From assembly GCA_965224215.1 (NCBI GenBank), contig CBDCYS010000026.1, positions 43,596 to 107,595 of the forward strand: 64,000 nucleotides of DNA. The letters are read 5' to 3'. The notes beneath the pieces were generated by a model. It did not search any database. It had not been told where the DNA came from and saw only the letters and a list, made by a program, of their open reading frames with translations. Each line of letters starts with the position of its first letter. Positions within the stretch are counted from its first letter, which is position 1. Position numbers and translations under genes: made by a program. This DNA comes from Bryobacterales bacterium. GTDB taxonomy: Bacteria > Acidobacteriota > Terriglobia > Bryobacterales > UBA6623. This document shows positions 16,355-24,421 of the stretch, piece after piece.

Positions 16355-17292
16355 GAGTTGCTCCGTGCGCGGTTCGGGTCGGAGCAGACACCCTGACCAC
16401 GTCTACCAGAGACCGGCGCGCACATCCCGGAGAAGCCTCCCGAAACCGGGGGCGGCCCGCCTGATGAGATGGCGCCAGGCGGGGTAGGTTCGCAGCTTCC
16501 CCTCCAGGTGCTGGCCATGGGGCCGTCTTTCTCGCCATAGTGCCCCGAGAATCCGCCGCGGCCGTCGTGCGTGAAAACGAAGCGGCCCCAGCGCCCGTTG
16601 GTATAGCGCCAAGTCCCTTCAAGCTGGTTGCCGCGGATGCGTCCCGAAACCGTCTTATTAGGGCCATAGCTCCCACGCGCTTCGTCCCCACGGACAGTGA
16701 GTATCATTTTCCCGAAGTTGGTGTTCCAGGTTCCGCCGAAGAAGGCGGAGCAGCTTGGGGCGAAACCAGGAGGACGCGATGTACCGGCCGGGGGCGCCGG
16801 CGTTGGCCGGGATGGCGCGCTTGGCCGGGATGGCGCGGTTGGCCGGGATGGCGCGGTTGGCCGGGATGGCGCGGTTGACCGGGATGGCGCGGTTGACCGG
16901 GATGGCGCCGAGGGCTGGGACGGTGGCGCCGCACCACCAACACAGGACCCTGTCCACTTAGCGTTTATATTGCCGTCTTTTTCACCCCAGTTGCCTGTGA
17001 ACTTGCCGTAGCCGTCGTGGGCGAAGCGCAAGCGGCCCGAGCGACCGTTGGGGTACTCCCACCGCCCCTCGAGCGTACGGCCGTAGACGCGGCCCGAGAT
17101 CCTTTTGTTGGTGCCATACACACCCCAGACCTGGTCGCCGCTGACACTGAGCGTGAGTTTGCCGTAAGTGGTCTCCCACTCTCCGGCAAAGCCGGAGCGG
17201 CAGCTTTGTGCTTGCGAAGTGGAGACGGCCAGAAAGCTGAACATGACTACGGCCCCGCAGAGAGTGACTGAACGCTGAAAAGGGACTGTCAT
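16351..17292 (-). CDS. Secreted protein with two paralogous ~90-aa Cys-bounded domains joined by an (APSRPT)n linker
   Basis: Start at ATG 17292 (AAGGAG upstream; signal peptide ending SQAQS). Domain 1 is SCRSGFAGEWETTYGKLTL...WTGSC; domain 2 is SCSAFFGGTWNTNFGKMIL...WRGSC. Confidence 0.75.
   Translation of the reverse strand: MTVPFQRSVTLCGAVVMFSFLAVSTSQAQSCRSGFAGEWETTYGKLTLSVSGDQVWGVYGTNKRISGRVYGRTLEGRWEYPNGRSGRLRFAHDGYGKFTGNWGEKDGNINAKWTGSCVGGAAPPSQPSAPSRSTAPSRSTAPSRPTAPSRPTAPSRPSAPSRPTPAPPAGTSRPPGFAPSCSAFFGGTWNTNFGKMILTVRGDEARGSYGPNKTVSGRIRGNQLEGTWRYTNGRWGRFVFTHDGRGGFSGHYGEKDGPMASTWRGSCEPTPPGAISSGGPPPVSGGFSGMCAPVSGRRGQGVCSDPNRARSNS
16803..16910. repeat. Six tandem 18-bp units (ttggccgggatggcgcgg) inside the CDS
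   Basis: Read directly. Encodes APSRPT/APSRST hexapeptides on the minus strand. Confidence 0.95.
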
Positions 17293-17571
17293 GGCATTTC
17301 TCCTTATTCTTCCGGTGGAGGGCGGCGGTGTAAGCAAGGGTGAATGTCCGAACGCAAACCAGAGGATACTACTTTTGGGTATCGCGGGGGATTAGCATAT
17401 TCTAATCCAAGAATGATCCTGAGCCAGGATTTCCGTTTTGGCCGCCTGGCCACTGGAAGGTGCGAAAAAATGCTGGGGTCAGCCAGCCGCGGCCATAGCA
17501 TCACTGATAAACAGGGACTTAGGAATGGCCGCTTGTGGCAGTCCTCAGGGGAGCGAGAGGGGAGCGAGGGA

Positions 17572-19307
17572 CTGGAAGGTGTGAAAAAATGACGACGAAT
17601 CATACTCTATAAAGCCAACTACTTTGATATAATAAGTCATGCCCGACGAGCGTTCCCCGCGCTACCTCCCCATCGACCGTTCCCAACACGTCCTGCTGCC
17701 GCTCGATGTCGACCGCCTGATCGATTCCGATCATGTCGCCCGGCGCATCTGGCGCGTTGTCGATTCGCTCGATCTGAGCCGTTTCGAGCGCGACATCCGC
17801 GCCGTCGAGGGCGTTGCCGGCCGCCCCTCCCACGCGCCGGAAGTGCTCATCTCGGTTTGGCTCTACGCCTGCACCAAAGGCCTTCATTCGGCCCGCGAAA
17901 TCGAGCGCCAAATGGACTACGAACCCGCTCTGCGTTGGCTCACCGGCCTACGTCCGATCAATCATCACACCTTGTCGGATTTCCGCGTCGGCCACGGCCA
18001 ACCACTGCGCGAACTCTTCGAGGACGTGCTCGCCATGCTGCTGAAAAAGGACTTGGTGAAACTCGAGCGCGTGGCCGTCGACGGCACCAAGATTCGCGCC
18101 GATGTCAACAAGAAAAGCTTTCGCCAGAAGGACAAGATCGAGGAATATCTGCAGTTGGCGCGTGAGCATTTGGACGAACTCGAGCGCCAAGAGGCTGAAG
18201 AACAAATCACCCAAAAACAACAGAAAGCACGACAGCGCGCGGCCCGACAAAAAGAAGAAAAGTTGCCGGAAGCACTGCAGGAAATCGAGCGATTGCGGGC
18301 CGCCAGGAAGGACAATAAGAGCAAGGATCCGCAAGCATCAACGACCGACCCGGAGGCGCGATTCATGTGGACCAGCGACAGCGGCGTCGCGCCCGCCTAC
18401 AACGTGCAAATCACCGCCGACGCGTCCCAGGGCTTGATCGCCGATGTCGAAGTGGTCAACGATCCGCAGGACTCCGAACAGCTCGTGGCGGCGACGGATC
18501 GACTCCAGCAACGGCATGGGAAATATCCCTCCGAAGCCCTTGCTGACGGGGGTTATACGAACCATGCGTCCGTACTGGAGATGGACGAGCGTGGCGTCGA
18601 CTACTACGGCAGTTGGACGGGCAGAAGCGGCAAGCCGAGCGGCCCCGGGACGCGGCGTCATGAAGATTATTGGGCCGACAAGTTTGTTTGGGATGAGGCC
18701 GCGGAGGTGCTGGTTTGTCCGCAAGGCAAGCGCTTGGAGCATAAGCGAACGCAATACCCGAAAGGGCGCACGGTGTCGGTCTATCGGGCGCGGGCGGCGG
18801 ACTGCCGGGAGTGTCCAGTAAAGCAGTTGTGCTGTCCGGATTTAAAACTGAAAAGTCACGGGAGAAGCGTCTCAATTCAGGATTATGACGAGGCGGTGCG
18901 GCGCTTTGACGCGAAGATGGACACACAGGGAGCGCAAGCGATTTATAAGAAGCGGGCGCCGTTAGTGGAGTTTCCAAACGCTTGGATCAAGACGAAATTC
19001 AAGTTGCGGCGATTCTCAACGAGAGGCTTGGCGAAGGTGAGGTGCGAAGCCTGTTGGGCGGCATTAGCGTTCAACCTGCAACGCATGTTCCAGCTGGCGC
19101 CGGAGTTGATCCCGACCGGCTGATCGCTCCCCCAACGGCCCGCGACGGGCCGGGAAAAACCTCCCCATCGAGTGTCAGGCCGCGATGCAGGGTTCTCCTG
19201 CTCAAATGCTCCCCAACTCAAAAACTCCGTCAACCCAAAAAAGGGCGGTCCACCGAAAAAACTTAGCGAAATCCCGGCCCAAAAACGAATTGCTTCACAC
19301 CTTCCAG
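17572..19307 (+). mobile_element. IS1182-family (IS5-like) insertion sequence, ~1.74 kb
   Basis: Terminal inverted repeats ctggaaggtgtgaa at 17572..17585 and ttcacaccttccag at 19294..19307 enclose the transposase gene. No clear target duplication. Confidence 0.75.
17639..19123 (+). CDS. IS1182-family DDE transposase (intact, 494 aa)
   Basis: N-terminal transposase domain (LLPLDVDRLIDSDHVARRIWRVVDSLDLS...), central coiled Lys/Glu-rich linker, Cys-rich region, and C-terminal FPNAWIKTKFKLRRFSTRGLAKVRCE..ALAFNLQRM. Confidence 0.85.
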   Translation: MPDERSPRYLPIDRSQHVLLPLDVDRLIDSDHVARRIWRVVDSLDLSRFERDIRAVEGVAGRPSHAPEVLISVWLYACTKGLHSAREIERQMDYEPALRWLTGLRPINHHTLSDFRVGHGQPLRELFEDVLAMLLKKDLVKLERVAVDGTKIRADVNKKSFRQKDKIEEYLQLAREHLDELERQEAEEQITQKQQKARQRAARQKEEKLPEALQEIERLRAARKDNKSKDPQASTTDPEARFMWTSDSGVAPAYNVQITADASQGLIADVEVVNDPQDSEQLVAATDRLQQRHGKYPSEALADGGYTNHASVLEMDERGVDYYGSWTGRSGKPSGPGTRRHEDYWADKFVWDEAAEVLVCPQGKRLEHKRTQYPKGRTVSVYRARAADCRECPVKQLCCPDLKLKSHGRSVSIQDYDEAVRRFDAKMDTQGAQAIYKKRAPLVEFPNAWIKTKFKLRRFSTRGLAKVRCEACWAALAFNLQRMFQLAPELIPTG

Positions 19308-19481
19308 GCCCCTTGACCGCTGGACTGATCACTGGCCAGCAGTTTCTAAATTACACTATGTCAATGCCTTACGATTCTGATCCTGGACTCGGGTACGGCA
19401 GGCGATAGATCACCAGGTCCCAGTAAGTCATTTAAAATCAGTGGACCGACAAAGCTCCAAGTAGTTAGGGTGGCTGTCCCT

Positions 19482-19518
19482 CACGGTCCCCCACGGTCCT
19501 CACGGTCCCCCACGGTCC
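19482..19518. repeat. Four copies of CACGGTCC at 9-10 bp spacing
   Basis: Copies at 19482, 19492, 19501 and 19511, read directly. Confidence 0.9.
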
Positions 19519-19520
19519 AA

Positions 19521-19565
19521 CCGTGGACTTCCGTCCACGGCTCTGTCCGGCCGTTTGAAACTTTC
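19521..19565. repeat. 45-nt hairpin-containing motif, copy 1
   Basis: ccgtggacttccgtccacggctctgtccggccgtttgaaactttc; close match at 50013..50057. Contains the hairpin CGTGGAC-ttcc-GTCCACG. Confidence 0.8.
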
Positions 19566-19584
19566 TGTAAAGACACGGCACGGT

Positions 19585-19941
19585 TCAAACAGGGCAACGG
19601 TTGAATATTGAAGGGCTGTTGCGACCGCAGCGGAGCTGGGCGTAGTCGCGGACGGAGAGCTTGCAGTCGGGATCGTTTGTTACGATGAACGGGTCGTCGC
19701 CAAACAAGAGGTATCCTTTGAGAAGCTCTGCGACTGTGCTGGTTTCACTGGAACCCTCCTGCAGGCATCTGTCCACTACTTCCTTGCAGGCGGAAACGGC
19801 GGATGTGCAATCGCTGAATTCGGTTTTTCCAAGGGCACCTCGGGAGACCGATCTCAAACGAACCAATGATGACTTACAAATCTGTTCATCACCCATTTCG
19901 AGCGCCCGCAGCGCTCGATATCGACTAACCCGATAGCGCAT
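19585..19941 (-). CDS. Hypothetical protein (118 aa)
   Basis: ORF only. GC content looks locally lower by eye (not counted). No motif recognised. Confidence 0.3.
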   Translation of the reverse strand: MRYRVSRYRALRALEMGDEQICKSSLVRLRSVSRGALGKTEFSDCTSAVSACKEVVDRCLQEGSSETSTVAELLKGYLLFGDDPFIVTNDPDCKLSVRDYAQLRCGRNSPSIFNRCPV

Positions 19942-19955
19942 ACAGCAGGATCATC

Positions 19956-20816
19956 ATGAACAAACGCTTACTCCTCCCCCCTGTTGCTCGCAGCGGCGCA
20001 AGGAGGAGGGCGGCCCCTGGGCCTGGCCGAAACATTCGGCCCAGGAGTGGCCGGCCCGGCCGGGGGCGTCGCCGGCGGCGAGGGCCTCTACCGTCAAGAT
20101 GTCGATACGAGGCGTTTCCGCGTGCCAAGTGCGGTGACGGCACGGACGCGGTCTTCTACGTGCGCCGCTTTTCGGGCGAAGTGAATCGCGACCGCTGGGT
20201 GCTCTTCTTGCAGGGCGGCGGCTTCTGTATTGATGGCCAGGACTGTGCCAATCGCTGGAAGAGTAGCGGCACGGCGTTTGGCGCGCAGAAGCTCTCCAGC
20301 GACTTTACCCCTCCAGTTGGAATCGCCGACCGCGGCATTCAACGACTCAACGACGGCGTCCTGCCCGACAACAACTTGGCCGACTGGAACCAAGTCTTCA
20401 TCTACTACTGCAGCTCGGACAACTGGACAGGCCGCGGACAGAAGGTCGTCGTCTCAGCCGATGACCCGAGCAACTCCGGCTCCGAGATCGACTACTCCAT
20501 TCACTTCGCAGGTGCGTACATCTTCGAATCGGTCATCCGAACGCTGAGGCAACAACATGGGGTAGTCGAGTATGACGAGGTCGGGGGCGCCACCAAACGG
20601 ATGCCGCACCTAGACGACGCAACCAATATCTTGTTCACCGGCGCGTCGGCTGGGGCGCACGGGGTCGTCAAGAACGCGGATCGGTTTTACCAGGAGCTCA
20701 AGCGTACGAACCACGGCTGCCGCGCGGCTAAGCCACGACGCCAACCGTGCCCTTTGCAATTCGCCACTGTTAGGTGGCTGAAGTCGTCTTGCCTTGAAGA
20801 TATACTACGACAATAG
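19956..20816 (+). pseudogene. Pectin acetylesterase/Notum-family esterase, frame-disturbed N-terminus and truncated C-terminus
   Basis: KCGDGTDAVFYVR...RWVLFLQGGGFC...WNQVFIYYCSSDNWTG...ILFTGASAGAHG (GxSxG) fit the family. The N-terminal 50 aa are an Arg-rich nonsense-like stretch, while the +1 frame gives a plausible signal peptide. The ORF ends ~100 aa early in AT-rich sequence. Confidence 0.55.
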
Positions 20817-20922
20817 TTTTCTTGTATTCCGGGGTCTTGTGTCTTTGGCCACGTTACATTTGCTCATAGGGGTTGAAATTCGGCTGATTCATGCGTATGA
20901 TTGAAACAGTCGATTGAAACGG

Positions 20923-20939
20923 ACGATTGAAGCAATCGT
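20923..20939. promoter_or_regulatory. Candidate TetR operator ACGATTG-aag-CAATCGT
   Basis: Perfect 7-bp inverted repeat ~90 nt upstream of the TetR gene. It sits within three direct GATTGAA(a/g)C repeats, followed by GCGTT(T/C)GAACATC twice. Confidence 0.4.
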
Positions 20940-21027
20940 TCGATTCCATTAGGACATCTAGGCTTCGCGTTTGAACATCCAACCTATGCGTTCGAACATC
21001 TGACGTCTTCGCCAGAGTATCCCACCC

Positions 21028-21729
21028 ATGGCCATCGACACCAAAGAACTCATTCTCGATACGGCGGAGAGGCTCTTCGCCGAACATGGCATAGACGCTG
21101 TATCCCTGCGGACCATTATCACCGAGGCAGGGGTGAATCTCGCCGCGATTCATTACCACTATGGGTCGAAGGATTTACTGGTGAAAGAAGTGTTTGCGCG
21201 TCGAATCAGACCAGTCAATCAGCAAAGGCTGATGTTGCTCGATGAGTACGAAACTCAAGCGGGCGACGGACCCCTAGCGGTTGCAGATGTGCTGCGCGCC
21301 TTCTTCGCTCCGGCGATACGACTCAGTCACGACAAAGAGCGGGGACACGTTTTCATTCGCCTATGCGGACGGTTCTGGGCCGAGGTCAGCGCGAAGATGC
21401 AGGGCGAGTTCGACGAGCTATTTCAAGACGTGATTCAGCGATTCTTGGCTGCCTTCCATCGGGCGCTGCCCCACCTTTCACCTAAAGAGGTTTTCTGGCG
21501 TGTTCATTTCGCAGTGGGAGGGATGGTTCACACGATGGTGGATAGCGAGCGGCTGGCGCGAATGTCAGGCGGACTTTGTCGGCCCTCGGATGTCGAGGAG
21601 ACGATCGAGCAGTTAGTGAGCTACTCGGCGGCGGGATTCAACGCGCCCAAGCCGCCACGGGTGGGCTCGGTGGGTTCGCTAGGAGCGGAAGCAGAATTGG
21701 TTGGTGCGAATAGCGAGGAACGGTCATGA
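21028..21729 (+). CDS. TetR/AcrR-family transcriptional regulator
   Basis: N-terminal HTH ILDTAERLFAEHGIDAVSLRTIITEAGVNLAAIHYHYGSKDLL. First gene of the efflux operon. Confidence 0.92.
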   Translation: MAIDTKELILDTAERLFAEHGIDAVSLRTIITEAGVNLAAIHYHYGSKDLLVKEVFARRIRPVNQQRLMLLDEYETQAGDGPLAVADVLRAFFAPAIRLSHDKERGHVFIRLCGRFWAEVSAKMQGEFDELFQDVIQRFLAAFHRALPHLSPKEVFWRVHFAVGGMVHTMVDSERLARMSGGLCRPSDVEETIEQLVSYSAAGFNAPKPPRVGSVGSLGAEAELVGANSEERS

Positions 21730-23192
21730 TTGCCAGGGTCCTGTTGGTCCTCAGCTCGTTGGTTTTGATCTCGGGTTGCTCGCGTCCGTTGCAAAGACCT
21801 GAGAGAACCTTCACTGTCGCTCCGCCCAAAGCCTGGCAGAGCAGTGAAACTCTCCCTTCGGGCGAGGAAGTGGATTGGTGGGCGTATTTTGGGGATCGCG
21901 GCCTCGACAACGCCGTAACCCGCGCCCTGACCTTCAATCAGGACTTGCGCGCAGCAGCGGCACGAGTGTCGGCTGCCGAGGCGGAGGCGCGCATCGCGGG
22001 AGCGGGTTTGCGGCCCTCGGTCGACTTGAGCCTCAATCGCGGCCGGCAGCGGCAGAATTTCGTCGGCTTACCGATTCCCGGGCGTGAGGGAAGCGTTCTC
22101 AGCACCACTTACAGTTCCGCCGGTGTCTCGCTCGGCGTCGCTTGGGAACCCGATGTTTGGGGGCGAATCAACGCCGGAAAACTGCTGGCCGTGGCCACTA
22201 CGCAAGTGCAGCAGGCGGACTTGATCGCGGCTAGGCTGTCTTTGACGGGGCAGGTCGCCAAGGCCTGGTTCGCGGCAATTGAGGCGCAACGGCAAGTCGG
22301 GTTGGCCCGAGCCTCGCTCGAAAGCTACAAGACTTCCGCCGAACGAGTCCGGGCGCGATTTCAAAGGGGTTTGAGGCCGTCGCTTGATCTACGGCTAGCG
22401 TTGACGGAGATACATCGCGATGAAGCTCTGCTGAACCAGCGGCGAGAGCAATTGCGCCGGGGGATCCGACAGTTGGAGATTCTGCTCGGGGATTACCCCA
22501 AGGGCGAGCACGCTTTGGCGGAAGATCTGCCGCGAGTTCCCGAAGCAATCCCGGCAGGATTGCCGTCGGAACTGGTTCACCGCCGGCCGGACCTCATATC
22601 GACCGAGAGAGAATTACTGGCGGCCGATGCCCGAATCCAGCAATCCAAGGCGGATCTCCGGCCGCGCTTCTCCCTGACAACGGCTGGAGGAACCGCGAGC
22701 AGTAGTCTGACAGATTTATTGGACGGAGACTTTCTGGCCTGGAGCCTGATCGGTGGTTTGACGCAGCCCATCTATAACCGCAGCCGCCTCAAGACAGCCG
22801 TCACGCGCGATGAGGCCCGAGCCCGCGAGGTTGCGGCGCGTTATGAGTCGGCGATGCTTCGAGCCTATGGCGAAGTCGAGTCGGCGCTCGCCGCCGAGAG
22901 CGCTTTGGCGGGCCAGGAGACAGCTCTGGAGGCGGCAACGAAACAATCGCTAGGAGCACGGGACGAGGCCGAAAGACGCTACCGCGCCGGACTGGCCGAC
23001 ATCATTACGGTGCTTGCCTCTCAAAGAACCGCGTTCACTTCGGAGAGCCAGTTGCTGACGGTCCGGCGGCTGCGGCTCGACAACCGCGTGGACTTGCACT
23101 TGGCGCTAGGGGGCGGCTTCGCTGTAGATGATCTTCCTCGTGACAACCCACAACCGACACAGGCACCAGTACAGGGGGTAAGCGGACTATGA
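21726..23192 (+). CDS. RND efflux outer-membrane factor lipoprotein (NodT family)
   Basis: Lipobox LISGC. Two OEP repeats. ATGA overlap with tetR. Confidence 0.9.
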   Translation: MIARVLLVLSSLVLISGCSRPLQRPERTFTVAPPKAWQSSETLPSGEEVDWWAYFGDRGLDNAVTRALTFNQDLRAAAARVSAAEAEARIAGAGLRPSVDLSLNRGRQRQNFVGLPIPGREGSVLSTTYSSAGVSLGVAWEPDVWGRINAGKLLAVATTQVQQADLIAARLSLTGQVAKAWFAAIEAQRQVGLARASLESYKTSAERVRARFQRGLRPSLDLRLALTEIHRDEALLNQRREQLRRGIRQLEILLGDYPKGEHALAEDLPRVPEAIPAGLPSELVHRRPDLISTERELLAADARIQQSKADLRPRFSLTTAGGTASSSLTDLLDGDFLAWSLIGGLTQPIYNRSRLKTAVTRDEARAREVAARYESAMLRAYGEVESALAAESALAGQETALEAATKQSLGARDEAERRYRAGLADIITVLASQRTAFTSESQLLTVRRLRLDNRVDLHLALGGGFAVDDLPRDNPQPTQAPVQGVSGL

Positions 23193-24370
23193 GACTAGCT
23201 TTGAGGATTCTACTGCCGCTGATCGTAATCGGACTCGGCGCATTCGCGGCCATCACCATGATCCAGAGTCGCCCGGCGCCAGAAACTCAAACCGTTGAGG
23301 TCACCCCGCCATCAGTGCGGGTCATCGTCGCCCAGCCACAGAATGTGAGGCTGAAGGTGAGCGCCGAGGGCACGGTGGCGCCCCGAACTGAAACGGAGCT
23401 CGTTCCAGAGGTTTCCGGGCGCGTGACGATGATTTCCGAGTCGCTTGCCGTTGGGGGCTTCTTCGAGGAAGGCGAAGTTCTGCTGGAGATCGACCGGCGC
23501 GAATACGAACTAGCTGTTGTGCGAGCGCAAGCCGCCGTCTCGCAAGCCGAACTGAGGCTGGCAACCGAGGAGGAAGAAGCCGAAGTCGCGCGCAATGAGT
23601 GGAAAAGCCTGGGGCAAGGCGAGCCGCGTCCGCTGGTGGTACGCGCGCCGCAGATCGCCGAAGCGAAGGCGATGCTGGCTTCCGCCGAGGCGGCCTACGA
23701 GAAAGCGGAGTACGATTTGGAGCGCACGGTTGCGAAAGCTCCTTTCGCCGGGCGCGTGCGCGAAAAGCGCGTGGATGTGGGCCAGTTCGTATCCAGAGGC
23801 AGTTCGGTTGCGCGGCTTTACTCTATAGACTATGCCGAGGTGCGGCTGCCGATTCCCGACAATGAGCTGGAGTTTGTCAACCTGCCTCTGGCCTATCGCG
23901 GACAAAAGGAGCGGGCCGCCGGCCCCCTTGTCACCTTAATGGCCGACTTCGCGGGCCAGCGTCATACTTGGCAGGGCCGCGTTGTCCGCACGGAAGGCGA
24001 AATCGATCCGCGCACCCGCATGGTCCAGGCGATCGCACAGGTAGCTGACCCCTACGGCAAGGCTCGCCGGGGGCGGCCGCCGCTAGCGGTTGGCATGTAT
24101 GTCGCAGCGGAAATTTTCGCCAAAACGGCTGCCGGCGTTTACGTGTTGCCTCGGGTTGTTATGCGCGGCGCCGACCAGGTGCTGGTGGTTGACAAGGACA
24201 ACCGGCTGCGCTTCCGCACGGTCGACATCCTGCGCACCGAAAGCGACCAGGTGATTATTCGCTCCGGGTTGGAGGCGGGCGAACGTGTTGCCAGCTCGGT
24301 CGTGGAAGCCGCCGTCGACGGCATGAAAGTTCAAGTTCTTGAAGAACCCAAGACGGAGACAGCGGGTTAG
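23189..24370 (+). CDS. RND efflux periplasmic adaptor (membrane fusion protein)
   Basis: N-terminal anchor helix, coiled-coil hairpin (AELRLATEEEEAEVARNEW...AEAAYEKAEYDLERT), then AKAPFAGRV lipoyl/beta-barrel motifs. 4-nt overlap with the OMF gene. Confidence 0.9.
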   Translation: MRLALRILLPLIVIGLGAFAAITMIQSRPAPETQTVEVTPPSVRVIVAQPQNVRLKVSAEGTVAPRTETELVPEVSGRVTMISESLAVGGFFEEGEVLLEIDRREYELAVVRAQAAVSQAELRLATEEEEAEVARNEWKSLGQGEPRPLVVRAPQIAEAKAMLASAEAAYEKAEYDLERTVAKAPFAGRVREKRVDVGQFVSRGSSVARLYSIDYAEVRLPIPDNELEFVNLPLAYRGQKERAAGPLVTLMADFAGQRHTWQGRVVRTEGEIDPRTRMVQAIAQVADPYGKARRGRPPLAVGMYVAAEIFAKTAAGVYVLPRVVMRGADQVLVVDKDNRLRFRTVDILRTESDQVIIRSGLEAGERVASSVVEAAVDGMKVQVLEEPKTETAG

Positions 24371-24421
24371 ACGTCGGGAGCCGCACCTCACAACCACCAT
24401 GAATCGTTCAAGAGGACAGCG

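Noticed and set aside
16704-17011. Several overlapping ORFs rich in PGQPRH or GMARLA repeats
   Set aside because: They are alternative-frame readings of the 18-bp tandem repeat inside the 16351..17292 gene.
19482-19518. Short regularly spaced repeats as a CRISPR array
   Set aside because: The units are 8 bp at a 9-10 bp period with no spacers. This is a microsatellite-like tandem repeat, and no cas genes are present.
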